Assembly: GCA_963676565.1 (NCBI GenBank)
Contig: OY781089.1
Location: forward strand, 1,984,001 to 2,048,000
Source of the DNA: Halarcobacter sp.
Lineage (GTDB): Bacteria > Campylobacterota > Campylobacteria > Campylobacterales > Arcobacteraceae
Direction of reading: 5' to 3'
Length of the DNA stretch: 64,000 nt
Shown here: positions 46,488 to 57,058 of the stretch, piece after piece
Layout of the letters: every line of letters begins with the position of its first letter
How positions within the stretch are numbered: the first letter of the stretch is position 1
Notes under the pieces: model-generated
Databases searched by the model: none
What the model was told of the DNA's origin: nothing
Seen by the model: the letters and a program-made list of their open reading frames with translations, nothing else
Translations under genes and position numbers: made by a program

Positions 46488-47327
46488 TTGAGTTTTTTTA
46501 TTAGTAAAGAGAATATAAATATCCCAAATATGATATATGGAACTGCATGGAAAAAAGATAAAACTTCAAATTTAGTTTATGAAGCATTAAAAGAAGGCTT
46601 TAGAGGGATTGATACTGCTGGACAACCAAAACACTACAATGAAAAAGGCGTAGGTGAGGGTATAAATAAATCTATTAAAGATAATATCATTACAAGAAAT
46701 GATTTATATATTCAAACAAAATTTACTCCAATAGATGGTCAAGATAAAAACAACATGCCATATGAAATAACAGATGATTTGAAAATACAGGTTAGAAAAT
46801 CTTTTGAAAACTCAAAAAAAAATCTACAAGTTGAATATATAGATTCTTATATCTTACATTCTCCTATATTCCCTGGAAAAAAACTAATTGAAGCGTGGCT
46901 TACTATGGAAGAGTTTTATTCTTTAAAAGAAGTTGGTCAATTAGGAATCAGCAATTGCTATGATTTGGATGTATTGAAATATTTATATAAAAACAGTGAT
47001 ATAAAACCTGCAATTGTACAAAACAGGTTTTATGCTCAAAGTGGATATGACAAAGAGATTAGAATTTGGTGTAAGCAAAAGGGAATTTTATATCAAAGTT
47101 TTTGGTCCTTAACCGCTAATCCAGAGATTGTGAATTCATCTGTAATTAATCAATTGTCAAAGAAATATAATAAAACTAAAGAACAGATATTTTATAAGTT
47201 TTTAAATGAGCTTGAAATAATCCCCTTAAATGGAACAACATCAAATGAACATATGAAATTGGATTTAGATATTAAAGATTTTTATTTAGAAAAAAGTGAG
47301 ATAGAAACTATAAGTAGTATGTTATAG
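46488..47327 (+). CDS. Aldo/keto reductase
   Basis: YGTAWK, GFRGIDTA...Y, QTKF, LHSP, GISN, VQNRF. Confidence 0.9.
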   Translation: MSFFISKENINIPNMIYGTAWKKDKTSNLVYEALKEGFRGIDTAGQPKHYNEKGVGEGINKSIKDNIITRNDLYIQTKFTPIDGQDKNNMPYEITDDLKIQVRKSFENSKKNLQVEYIDSYILHSPIFPGKKLIEAWLTMEEFYSLKEVGQLGISNCYDLDVLKYLYKNSDIKPAIVQNRFYAQSGYDKEIRIWCKQKGILYQSFWSLTANPEIVNSSVINQLSKKYNKTKEQIFYKFLNELEIIPLNGTTSNEHMKLDLDIKDFYLEKSEIETISSML

Positions 47328-47335
47328 GGTAAAGG

Positions 47336-48073
47336 TTATTGAACCTTTACACCATATTTTTGAAGCATCTCTACCCAAGATACTTTATTTCCTTTTGTAT
47401 CAAATACAGAAGGTGTTCCTCTAACCCCTAATTTATTTGCAATTTCCATTTGTTCTTGAAGAGTTTTTTCTAATTTTTCTAACTCTTTTTCACCTATTTT
47501 TCTATTTACAAATGCAGCTGTATCAGCTTTTGTCGTTGTCATAGCTTTTACTTTATCTTCATAAGATTTTTGACTCATAATATAAAGTGAAATGTCTTTT
47601 GCATTTGCATGACTTGCTAATGGATAGAAAAATACTCTAATTTTTACCTTATCTTCAATTTGAGAAAAATATGATTCAAATTTTTTACAATATGGACATT
47701 CTGGATCTGTAAATAATACATATTCATCATTACCTTTTCCAAAAGTAAAGGCTTCTTTTCCAAGTGTAGGTTTTATATCAACTGGTAAATCTGGAATAGC
47801 AAGTGATCTTCCTGAGTCTGTGTTTACAACATCTCCAGCAATTAAATATTTTTTATCTTTTGTTAAGTAGATTTTACTTTGCTGACCTCTTACATTTACA
47901 TTTAAAAGATATAAATCCCCTGAATCAAAACCTCTAAGAACTTTTACTTGAGCACCTTGAAAAAGATTTAATGATTCAATCTCTTTAACTAATTTATCTG
48001 AAATTTGTTCCATTGCATTTGCAAATGATGTTAATGCAAAAAGAACTAAAACTGTTTTTATAAGTTTTAACAT
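47336..48073 (-). CDS. dsbC: DsbC-family thiol:disulfide isomerase
   Basis: Signal peptide, FTDPECPYC, GVRGTP. Confidence 0.88.
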   Translation of the reverse strand: MLKLIKTVLVLFALTSFANAMEQISDKLVKEIESLNLFQGAQVKVLRGFDSGDLYLLNVNVRGQQSKIYLTKDKKYLIAGDVVNTDSGRSLAIPDLPVDIKPTLGKEAFTFGKGNDEYVLFTDPECPYCKKFESYFSQIEDKVKIRVFFYPLASHANAKDISLYIMSQKSYEDKVKAMTTTKADTAAFVNRKIGEKELEKLEKTLQEQMEIANKLGVRGTPSVFDTKGNKVSWVEMLQKYGVKVQ

Positions 48074-48141
48074 TTTTTTTCCTAATTTTAAAAATAGCCA
48101 ATATGATACAGTTTTTATGTTTAGAAATTGTGAAGTTTTTA

Positions 48142-49041
48142 CTATAAAATCAATTTTGCAATAATATAAGTGGTGATAAATGAAAATAAAATACCATATC
48201 CCACAATTGCAGAACTTAATCTTGGGGCAAGTCCTGCCATCGATGCAATTGCACCAGCAGTTATCATAGGTGCCATTCCAGCTTCAAATATTGAAACTAG
48301 TGCAGATGTTGAGTTCCATCCAAAAAGCTTGATTATAAAGAATGCAATTATTGGTGCAACTACTAATTTAATAAATAAAGATACACTAAATGGCTTTATT
48401 TCATGCCTTGGAAGTTTCAGTTGTAATTGAAGACCCACAGCTACAAGAGCTACTGGTACAATAGTGCTTGCAAAAGAGCTTAGAACTGAGCTTATTATAG
48501 GATTATATTCAATACCCATTAAAAATAATGATAAAACCAAGGCAATAAATGGAGGGAAAGTTATAACTTTAAAACCAATTATTCTTAATGTTAAGTTTTC
48601 TTTACTTGAATAAAATGAGGCGATAAAAGTTCCATAGGTTGCAAGGGCAATAAATGTTCCTAATTGGTCATAAACTAAGACATAAGGTAAGGCTTCTTCT
48701 CCCATATATGCATTTACTATTGGTATCCCCATAAATGAAGAGTTTGTTAAAATAGTTACTAATAAAAGAGAACCAGTAATCTCTTTAGAAAAAGAGAATA
48801 ATTTAGAGACTAGTAGTGTTAAAACTGCTGTTATAAACATCACAAGCCACGAGATAATAACTGGAATCATCATATCCATTGAAAAATGAAGTTTAGGTAT
48901 TTGTAATAAAATCATAGCAGGAAGAGAGATATAAATCACAAATTGATTTAATGCTACTGGGGCATCTTTTGGTAAAATCTTTAAATGCTTTAATAAATAT
49001 CCTGCAATGATTGCAAGTAGAATTAATACAAAGTTTTCCAT
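48142..49041 (-). CDS. AEC-family transporter
   Basis: LNQFVIYISLPA, NSSFMGIP, FPPFIA; about 10 TM. Confidence 0.88.
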   Translation of the reverse strand: MENFVLILLAIIAGYLLKHLKILPKDAPVALNQFVIYISLPAMILLQIPKLHFSMDMMIPVIISWLVMFITAVLTLLVSKLFSFSKEITGSLLLVTILTNSSFMGIPIVNAYMGEEALPYVLVYDQLGTFIALATYGTFIASFYSSKENLTLRIIGFKVITFPPFIALVLSLFLMGIEYNPIISSVLSSFASTIVPVALVAVGLQLQLKLPRHEIKPFSVSLFIKLVVAPIIAFFIIKLFGWNSTSALVSIFEAGMAPMITAGAIASMAGLAPRLSSAIVGYGILFSFITTYIIAKLIL

Positions 49042-49048
49042 TATTTAA

Positions 49049-49420
49049 TTACTTAGTTAAATTTGTATCGCAGTTATCTTCAGAGCTTATTTTCCCATAC
49101 TCCTCAACATAATCTATTCCCCATTTGTACATTTCATCTAAAATTGGTCTTAATCTATTCCCTGCATCACTTAAAGAGTAGACTACTTTAGGTGGAACTT
49201 CTGCAAAAACTTCTCTTATAATTATATTTTTTTCTTCCAATTCTTTTAGTTTTACTGTTAATGTTTTTTGTGTAATTTCAGAAATCTCTTCATGCAACTC
49301 TTTAAATCTTTTATTTCCATCTAGAAGATGCCAAATTATTGCAAGCTTCCATCTATCATTAAAAATATCAAGGGTAACAGATACTGAACACTTATATTCT
49401 TTATCATTAATTAAATACAT
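49049..49420 (-). CDS. HxlR (MarR/DUF24) redox-sensing regulator
   Basis: YKCSV..TLD...RWK, KRFKEL, EVPPKVVYSL. Confidence 0.92.
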   Translation of the reverse strand: MYLINDKEYKCSVSVTLDIFNDRWKLAIIWHLLDGNKRFKELHEEISEITQKTLTVKLKELEEKNIIIREVFAEVPPKVVYSLSDAGNRLRPILDEMYKWGIDYVEEYGKISSEDNCDTNLTK

Positions 49421-49542
49421 TATATTTCCTTTTCTTGGATAATTATATCATAAAAGAATTAAAATTCCATTACTTACCTAAAGTAAAGTAAGATACATTT
49501 AAGTTTATAAGCTATATAATTTTCAAAATGAAAAGGATTTAT

Positions 49543-50121
49543 ATGAAGAAAGTATTAATTATAAATGGACATCAACATTATGATGGTGTTGCTGAAGGCA
49601 ATTTAACTAGTGACTTAATTAACTGTGCTAAGACTTTTTTTGAGAATAATGATTTTGAAGTAAAATCTACATATATTGATAAAACTTATGATGTAGAAGA
49701 GGAGAAAGAAAAATTAGTATGGGCTGATTATATATTTTTCCAATATCCTGTTTATTGGATGGGTTTACCATGGATTACTAAAAAATATTTTGATGAAGTA
49801 TTAACTGCAGGAATTCATTATGCAAATGATGGACGAAGTAGGGAAGATGCGTCAAAAAAATATGGAAGTGGTGGATTATTAAGTGGTAAATATATGCTTA
49901 GTTTAACATATAATTGTCCCACATCAGAATTTTCAAATAAAGATGGATATTTTGAAGGTTTATCTTTAGATGAAGCAAATTTAAGTACTCATAAGATTTT
50001 TCAATTCCTAGGTTTAAACCCTCTAAAAACTTATTCTGTTCATGATATTTTTAAAGGTGATTTAGATATAGAAAAAGAAAAAGAGAAATTAAACAATATA
50101 CTAAAAGAAAATTTTCTTTAA
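49543..50121 (+). CDS. mdaB: NAD(P)H:quinone oxidoreductase, MdaB family
   Basis: WAD..FQYPVYWMGLPW..KKYFD, DGRSR....YGSGG. Confidence 0.9.
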   Translation: MKKVLIINGHQHYDGVAEGNLTSDLINCAKTFFENNDFEVKSTYIDKTYDVEEEKEKLVWADYIFFQYPVYWMGLPWITKKYFDEVLTAGIHYANDGRSREDASKKYGSGGLLSGKYMLSLTYNCPTSEFSNKDGYFEGLSLDEANLSTHKIFQFLGLNPLKTYSVHDIFKGDLDIEKEKEKLNNILKENFL

Positions 50122-50141
50122 AACTAACTAGGTAGGATAAT

Positions 50142-50891
50142 ATGAATCAAACAATCAAACAATTAAATTCTAGAAAATCAATTAGAGAGTTTACAAAAGA
50201 AAGTGTCAAAGAAGAAGATTTAGAACTTATTATGAAAACGGCACAAAGATGTCCCACTTCAGTTAATGGACAACAAATATCTTTAGTTTATACAAGAAAC
50301 AAAGAAACTATTAAAAAGATTGCAAAATTAGCAGGTGGTCAAAAACAAATTGAAAATGCTGATGTTTTTATAACTGTTGTTGTTGATTTTAATAGAACTA
50401 GTTATGCAGTATCCCAAACAAATGAGATTCAAAATATTGATAAATCAGCAGAGGGGATATTAGTTGGTGCAGTTGATGCAGGGATTATGCTAAGTGCTTT
50501 ACAAGTTGCTGCTGAATCTTTAGGTTACGGAACTACAGCAATTGGTGGAATTAGAAATAATCCAGATGAGATGATTGAACTTTTAAATCTACCAAAAAAG
50601 ACATATCCAATAGTTGGTACAACTATTGGTGTAGCTACAAAAGATGCTAAAGAAGCACCCCTTAAGCCAAGAATTCCTTTTGAGAATTTTGCACTTGAAG
50701 AGGTATATGATAATGAAAAAGTAAAGGAAGGTGTACTAAAATATGAAGTTCAATTAAAAGATTTTAGAGTTAAAAACAACATGAATTATATGCAATCATA
50801 TTGTGAACAAATGTCAAATTATTATAAAAAAATATACAATAGAAAAGTTGCAAAGAGTTACCAATCTCAAGGTTTTGAGTTTATAGATTAA
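50142..50891 (+). CDS. Nitroreductase / flavin reductase (NfsA/NfrA-like)
   Basis: RKSIREF, PTSVNGQ, AAESLGYG...IGGIRN, KPRIP. Confidence 0.9.
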   Translation: MNQTIKQLNSRKSIREFTKESVKEEDLELIMKTAQRCPTSVNGQQISLVYTRNKETIKKIAKLAGGQKQIENADVFITVVVDFNRTSYAVSQTNEIQNIDKSAEGILVGAVDAGIMLSALQVAAESLGYGTTAIGGIRNNPDEMIELLNLPKKTYPIVGTTIGVATKDAKEAPLKPRIPFENFALEEVYDNEKVKEGVLKYEVQLKDFRVKNNMNYMQSYCEQMSNYYKKIYNRKVAKSYQSQGFEFID

Positions 50892-50996
50892 TTTGTAGAA
50901 CAACTAGTTGTTCTCTTTAGAGTTTGCTACTTTAGTAATTAGTAGTTAATATTAATTTGGTCCCTAAAAAAATGGGACATTTTTTAAGGAAGATAT

Positions 50997-51626
50997 ATGG
51001 AAAAAACATTTATGGAAGCTATGGATTTTAGACATGCTTGTAAGATATTTGATGAGAATAAGAAGGTTTCTGATGAAGATATGAATTTTATTTTAGAGGT
51101 TGGTAGAAAATCACCATCTTCTTTTGGTATGGAAGCTTGGAAGTTTTTAGTTATAACAAACGAAGAATTAAAAGCAAAATTAAGACCTTTTTGTTGGGAT
51201 CAACCTCAAATTACTACTTGTTCTCATTTAGTAATTGTCTTAGCAGGAATTGAAGGTGTTAAACCAGAAAGTGGAATCCCTGAAAAAAGATTTGCTAGAC
51301 GTGATATGCCAAAAGAAAAATTAGATTTTTATTTAGATCTATATGCTAATCATTTAAAAGATGTATTAAGTAGTGATGAAAAGATATACTCTTGGACAGC
51401 AAGACAATCATATATTGCAATGGGTAATATGATGACAGCAGCAGCTATAAGAGGAATTGATTCTTGTCCTATTGAAGGTTTTGATAAAGAGGGTGTTGAA
51501 AAAGTTTTAGATTTAGATACAACAAAATATCAACTATCTTGTGTCTTACCTTTTGGATATAGAATTAATCCTCAATCTGAACAACTAAGGGTAAAACTAG
51601 AAGAAGTAGTTGAATTTATAAGCTAG
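50997..51626 (+). CDS. Nitroreductase (NfsB/FrxA-like)
   Basis: RHACKIFD, SPSSFGMEAW, IDSCPIEGF. Confidence 0.9.
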   Translation: MEKTFMEAMDFRHACKIFDENKKVSDEDMNFILEVGRKSPSSFGMEAWKFLVITNEELKAKLRPFCWDQPQITTCSHLVIVLAGIEGVKPESGIPEKRFARRDMPKEKLDFYLDLYANHLKDVLSSDEKIYSWTARQSYIAMGNMMTAAAIRGIDSCPIEGFDKEGVEKVLDLDTTKYQLSCVLPFGYRINPQSEQLRVKLEEVVEFIS

Positions 51627-52765
51627 CTTTTAATAGCTAGTTTATAAACCATTATGATGAAAATTATAATAAATAAGCTAGCTCCAATTATCTCAAAAAA
51701 AGTTTGTACCCCAAAATTTGATACCAATGGATGAAAAACAATTGGTGAACAAAATTGTCCAAGAAACATAGAACTTGTCATATATCCAGAAGATTTAACT
51801 CTTCTTTCAAATGTTGTTCTACTTAACATCCAAGCTGTGACATTAGTCATCATAACTCCACCACCAAAACCTAAAATTGCACTTGTAAAGAAAAATAGAT
51901 TTAGATTATTTACTAATCCAATACCTATAAAACCAATGGCAATAATTGTTAAGGCGATGATATAAATTGAAAAAAAGTCAAATCTCTTTTTTAGTCTAGA
52001 AAAACTTATGGCACCTAAAGCATTTGCAAAAAATGCCAAACCTATAATAAACCCTGCAACTTTTCCTGAAGCTTGAAAGGTATCTATTATTAAAAATGGG
52101 ATTTGTGTTGGTAAAATAAAGAATATTAACATATAAAAAAAGCCTAAAAAATATATCCCAATTAATTTTTTAGGTACAGTAAGCTCATCTTCTAAAGAGA
52201 ATAATTCATCTTTTCTTTTTTCAATTAAGAACATGTAAGCAATAGGTATAAGTAAAAAACCCATTAGATATATACCAAAAGGAAATCTCCAATTTATATC
52301 TGATAAAATTCCACCTCCAATGACAAAAGAAATACCACCTATTGCCATAAAGGCACTTTGAAAGCCCATGAATTTGTGTCTTGCTTCACCTTGAAAATAA
52401 TCACCTACTAAAGAGGTTGAAACTATCATTAATATGGCAACAGAGATACCAAACATTGCCCTTGATAATAAAAATGCTTCTATATGGTCTAAAAATAATC
52501 CTGCACTTCCTGTTGTTGCAAAGATAAATAAAGCAACTAAGGCTGAATTCTTCTTCCCAAATCTAAAAACAAAATGGCCTAGAAATGGTGCAAGTAAAGC
52601 AATTGAAAGTGAAGGTAAAGTCAATATTAGTCTTGAATAAAATTCTATATTTTTAATATCACTAAAATAATCTTGTAATCTTGGTAGGGCAGTTACAATA
52701 GCAACATTGGACATCATTGTTGTCATTGAAATTAAAAGTAGGGTGAAAATTGCTGTTTTTTTGAT
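51623..52765 (-). CDS. MFS transporter, probable non-canonical ATC start at 52765
   Basis: 12-TM MFS; first TM (IKKTAIFTLLLIS-MTTM) begins upstream of the first ATG (52726); AAAAGG RBS precedes the ATC. Confidence 0.85.
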   Translation of the reverse strand: MKKTAIFTLLLISMTTMMSNVAIVTALPRLQDYFSDIKNIEFYSRLILTLPSLSIALLAPFLGHFVFRFGKKNSALVALFIFATTGSAGLFLDHIEAFLLSRAMFGISVAILMIVSTSLVGDYFQGEARHKFMGFQSAFMAIGGISFVIGGGILSDINWRFPFGIYLMGFLLIPIAYMFLIEKRKDELFSLEDELTVPKKLIGIYFLGFFYMLIFFILPTQIPFLIIDTFQASGKVAGFIIGLAFFANALGAISFSRLKKRFDFFSIYIIALTIIAIGFIGIGLVNNLNLFFFTSAILGFGGGVMMTNVTAWMLSRTTFERRVKSSGYMTSSMFLGQFCSPIVFHPLVSNFGVQTFFEIIGASLFIIIFIIMVYKLAIKS

Positions 52766-52937
52766 AAGTGAGCCTTTTTAAATTGTAAAAAATATTTTAC
52801 CATAATTAGGATTTTGTTCTTTTAAAAGTTTAAAATATTATGACTTTTATCAATAATAAAGAAATAATATTTATTTTTTGTTTCTTTTCAAGTGATATTA
52901 GTTATGATTTTAATAGATATAGTACAAAAGGTATATA

Positions 52938-55448
52938 GTGATTAACTCAAAGATTTTAAGAAAAATAGCAATATTTATTATTTCTATTACTTCACTTTTT
53001 ACTTTTATTATTATATATTTTGTTCTACCTCAGATAAATATTGCATTTGAAGATTTAGAAAAAGAAAATGCAAAACAAACCTTAAATAAAGTTGTTTCTA
53101 TTATTAATAATGTATATGATGATATTGATACTTTAGAAAAATATTCACTTGAAACAAATAAAGAACACTTAAAAGAATTTACAGATATTGTTTGGTCATT
53201 AATTGAAACAAAGTATGAAGAGACTAAGCCTGAAAATATAGGGAATAGACTTCTTAAAAGAAGTGAAGATTTTCAAAAGCATCTTCTACAGTTTTATGAA
53301 GATAATAAAAATAATATGTCAGAGAAAGAGCTTAAAGATGCAATAAAAAATTATATAAGAATCTACAGATATGATGAAAATGGTTACTTCTTTGCAATTG
53401 ATTTTGACTCAAATGTTATTGCTCATCCTATCAGTTCAGAGCTCGAAGAAAAAAATTTTAAAAATATAAAAGATAAAAATAACATCTATTTTGTAAATGA
53501 GATGGTTAATATATCTAAATCTAAAGAAAATGGATTTGTAGAATATATTTGGACAAATCCTTTAACCAAAAAAGATGGAGAGAAACTTAGTTATGTATTT
53601 AAATTTGAACCATATAATTGGATTATTGGTACAGGAGAATATAAAGATGCTATTAAGAAACAACTAAAAAATGAAGTGATTTCTTTAATAGATCAACTAA
53701 GATATGGGGATAACAATTACTTTTTTATAAGTGATTATAATAGTATATTTTTATCTCATCCAGTTTATAAAGGTAGGGATTTTACTAAGATTGAAACTAT
53801 TAAAGGAAAGCGTATTATACCTATCTTAGTAAATCTTGCTAGAAAAGAAGGTCAAGCTTATCATGAATATTGGGTGAAAAATACTACAAAAGATAAAAAA
53901 GCACACAAAAAGATTTCATATGTAGTAAATTACCCAAATTGGGAAATGGTAATTGGTACAGGAGTTTTACTTGATGATATTAATAAAATAATAAATGATA
54001 GAAAAAGAAGTTTATTAAATGAATTAGAAGAGATAGTAAATACTACAAGAATAGGTAAATCTGGATATTTGTATGTTTTCGATTATCGTGGAAATGTACT
54101 TTTTCATCCTAATAGTAATGTAAAAGAAAAAAATTTTTATGATTTTAAAAATCCTAGTAGTGGAAGCTCTATTGCAGAAGATCTTATAAAAGCTTCTCAA
54201 ACAAAAGATAGAACTTTAACTTATAAATGGGATAAACCAAGTGATAAAGGTAATTATATTTATGATAAAATTTCATGGATAAAATATCTTCCAAAACAAA
54301 AACTATATGTTGCCTCTTCTATGTATAATGAAGATTTAAGAGAATCATCAAAAAATTTATCTATGCAGATTATTTATTTAGGTTTAGCTTTTATAATAAT
54401 TTTATTTTTACTTAGTGTTTACTTTTTTAATAAGATACTTTCCCCTTTAGTTAACTTGTCTGAGTATTTTTTACAAGCGGAAAATGGAGATTATAGTGTT
54501 AGAAGTAATATTAATAGTGATGATGAAATTGGAATGGTATCTCACTCTTTTAATAAAATGGTTGACAAAACAGAAAAACTAATTATAAACCTCCAAAAGT
54601 TCGTAGATAATCAAGAAAACATAGTAATATTAACAGATGGAAAAAACTTAGATTTTGCAAACAAAAAAATGTTTAAATTCTTTGGTTTTAAAGATTTAAA
54701 ACACTTCTTAAGTAAACATAGTTCAATTTCAGAAATGTTTATTCATAATGATAGATTTTTTTACCCTGAAAAAATTCAAGGGGAAGATAGTTGGGTTGAT
54801 AAAATACTTTCTATACCTCCTAAAGAAAGAATTGTATCGATGTTGGGAGCTGATTACAATATTTATGCCTTTGCAGTTGGAATTAATGAATTTGATGAAA
54901 ACACTTTTATAATCAGTTTTAGTGATATTTCAGAAAATGTTATTGAGCAAATAAAATTAGAAGAACAAACAATTCGAGATAGATTAACAAATGCATACAA
55001 TAGAGAGTATTTTGAAAGAAATTACAATAAATTTATTAATGAGTTTAATCGTGAAGATAGTTTATTAGCAATTGCTTTTTTAGATATTGATTATTTCAAA
55101 AAAGTTAATGATACTTATGGTCATGATGTTGGAGATAGTGTACTTATAGAATTTGTAAAAGTAATTCAAAAATATTCAAGACGAGATGATATTTTAATTA
55201 GATGGGGAGGAGAAGAATTCATTTTAATATTAAAAATATCATCGAAACATGACTTAAAAAAAGTCCTTGAAAACTTGCGAATTAAAATCTCTGAAAATGA
55301 GTTCTCTACCGTTAAGAATGTGACTTGTTCAATTGGATCAAGTTTATATATTGATAATGAAAATATTGATGAAACAATTAAAAGAGCTGATGTTTGTCTA
55401 TATGAAGCAAAAGCTGCTGGAAGAAATAAAGTAATTGTAAGTGATTAA
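52938..55448 (+). CDS. Multi-Cache domain, HAMP, GGDEF diguanylate cyclase
   Basis: TM, three Cache-like repeats (YRYDENGYFF, YGDNNYFF, IGKSGYLY), TM-HAMP (DEIG..SFN), RWGGEEF. Confidence 0.92.
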   Translation: MINSKILRKIAIFIISITSLFTFIIIYFVLPQINIAFEDLEKENAKQTLNKVVSIINNVYDDIDTLEKYSLETNKEHLKEFTDIVWSLIETKYEETKPENIGNRLLKRSEDFQKHLLQFYEDNKNNMSEKELKDAIKNYIRIYRYDENGYFFAIDFDSNVIAHPISSELEEKNFKNIKDKNNIYFVNEMVNISKSKENGFVEYIWTNPLTKKDGEKLSYVFKFEPYNWIIGTGEYKDAIKKQLKNEVISLIDQLRYGDNNYFFISDYNSIFLSHPVYKGRDFTKIETIKGKRIIPILVNLARKEGQAYHEYWVKNTTKDKKAHKKISYVVNYPNWEMVIGTGVLLDDINKIINDRKRSLLNELEEIVNTTRIGKSGYLYVFDYRGNVLFHPNSNVKEKNFYDFKNPSSGSSIAEDLIKASQTKDRTLTYKWDKPSDKGNYIYDKISWIKYLPKQKLYVASSMYNEDLRESSKNLSMQIIYLGLAFIIILFLLSVYFFNKILSPLVNLSEYFLQAENGDYSVRSNINSDDEIGMVSHSFNKMVDKTEKLIINLQKFVDNQENIVILTDGKNLDFANKKMFKFFGFKDLKHFLSKHSSISEMFIHNDRFFYPEKIQGEDSWVDKILSIPPKERIVSMLGADYNIYAFAVGINEFDENTFIISFSDISENVIEQIKLEEQTIRDRLTNAYNREYFERNYNKFINEFNREDSLLAIAFLDIDYFKKVNDTYGHDVGDSVLIEFVKVIQKYSRRDDILIRWGGEEFILILKISSKHDLKKVLENLRIKISENEFSTVKNVTCSIGSSLYIDNENIDETIKRADVCLYEAKAAGRNKVIVSD

Positions 55449-55502
55449 TCAAAACTGTTTATGATATAATTCCCCTTACAAAAAATCAAAGGTATAGTAA
55501 GA

Positions 55503-56972
55503 ATGGATAAAATTGAGGTTAAAACTCAAAAATTTATAATAAAATTTTTCCCAGAGATAATGGTTAAGGGAACAAAAGCTAAAAGACAAATGATAGACCA
55601 ACTTCTAGGAAATCTTAAAAAATTAGTTGGAAAAATAGATGAAACTGCAAGTTTTAAAAAGTTTTTTGACAAGATCGAAGTTGTTTGTAGTATAGAGTAT
55701 GTTACTGAAATTAGATTAAAGCTACAAGAAACGCCAGGTATAGAGGTTGTTCAAGAGGCTATACAAATTGATAATATGCATTCTTTAGATGATATAAAAA
55801 TAGTTGTAAATGAATATATGTATAAAGAGATTATTGGAAAGACATTTGTTGTAAGAGCAAAAAGAACAGGAAATCAAGATTTTAAATCAACTCATATAGA
55901 ACAAACTGTTGGCGGTTATATGCTTGCAAAAAACCCTGATACTAAAGGGGTAAAATTAAAAGGTGCTGAAGTTACTATAAATGTAGAACTTGTACACTCT
56001 CAATTAAATATAATTACACACAAGTTTAAAGGACTTTCTGGTTTTCCTTTGGGAACTCAAGGAGATATATTATCTTTAATGTCAGGCGGTTTTGATTCAA
56101 CAATTGCAAGTTATTTGATGATGAAAAGGGGGGTTAAAACTCACTTTGTTTTCTTTAATCTTGGCGGGACAGCACATGAAATTGGTGTTAAACAAGTAGC
56201 ATACTATTTATGGAATAAATTTGGGTCTTCACATAAAGTATCATTTATTACTGTTCCTTTTGAAGATGTTGTAACTGAAATATTTAATTCAACAAGTGAA
56301 TCTTACATGGGAGTTACTTTAAAAAGATTAATGCTAATGGCAGCTGAAAGATTGGCTGATGAAAGAAAAATAGATGCTTTAGTTACAGGTGAAAGTGTTG
56401 CTCAAGTTTCTTCTCAAACTCTTAGAAATCTTGCTTTAATTGATAAGGTTACTAATAAATTAGTTTTAAGACCCCTTGCAACTATGAATAAACCTGAGAT
56501 AATGGAAATGGCTGCAAAAATTGGTACAAGAAGATTTGCAGAAGCTATGCCTGAGTATTGTGGAGTTATTTCTAAAAACCCAGTTACCCATGGATCTTAC
56601 GATAGAATGGAAAAAGAGGCTAAGAAATTTGATTACTCTGTTTTAGATAAAGCAGTGGAAAATGCAATTGAAACTAATGTTGATGAAGTTGTAAATCAAA
56701 TTGAGGATATAGGTCAAGTTGAAATTATAAATGATTTAAGTGGTGCAGATTACACAGTTATAGATATTAGGCAAGGTGATGCTTGTATAGAATGTGATTG
56801 CGAAACTCTTAAAATTCCATTTTATAATTTAAAAAATGAGTTTAAAAAATTACCACAAGATAAACAGTATCTATTTTATTGTGATAAAGGGATATTAAGT
56901 CAATTACATGCGCAATATTTAATTGATTCTGAAAAGTATAGTAATATTAAAGTTTATAGACCATTACAATAG
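55503..56972 (+). CDS. thiI: tRNA 4-thiouridine synthase ThiI with C-terminal rhodanese domain
   Basis: PEIMVKG, THUMP domain, LMSGGFDS, TGESVAQVSSQT, EYCG, FYCDKG. Confidence 0.95.
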   Translation: MDKIEVKTQKFIIKFFPEIMVKGTKAKRQMIDQLLGNLKKLVGKIDETASFKKFFDKIEVVCSIEYVTEIRLKLQETPGIEVVQEAIQIDNMHSLDDIKIVVNEYMYKEIIGKTFVVRAKRTGNQDFKSTHIEQTVGGYMLAKNPDTKGVKLKGAEVTINVELVHSQLNIITHKFKGLSGFPLGTQGDILSLMSGGFDSTIASYLMMKRGVKTHFVFFNLGGTAHEIGVKQVAYYLWNKFGSSHKVSFITVPFEDVVTEIFNSTSESYMGVTLKRLMLMAAERLADERKIDALVTGESVAQVSSQTLRNLALIDKVTNKLVLRPLATMNKPEIMEMAAKIGTRRFAEAMPEYCGVISKNPVTHGSYDRMEKEAKKFDYSVLDKAVENAIETNVDEVVNQIEDIGQVEIINDLSGADYTVIDIRQGDACIECDCETLKIPFYNLKNEFKKLPQDKQYLFYCDKGILSQLHAQYLIDSEKYSNIKVYRPLQ

Positions 56973-56975
56973 AAA

Positions 56976-56997
56976 AAAAGAGTATCCTTACTCTTTT
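56976..56997 (+). terminator. Intrinsic terminator after thiI
   Basis: AAAAGAGTA-TCCT-TACTCTTTT. Confidence 0.7.
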
Positions 56998-57058
56998 GGA
57001 CTGTGTGTTCTTACTTTAATATGATAAAATAATTTTGAATTTTTCTAAGGAGTCGTTT

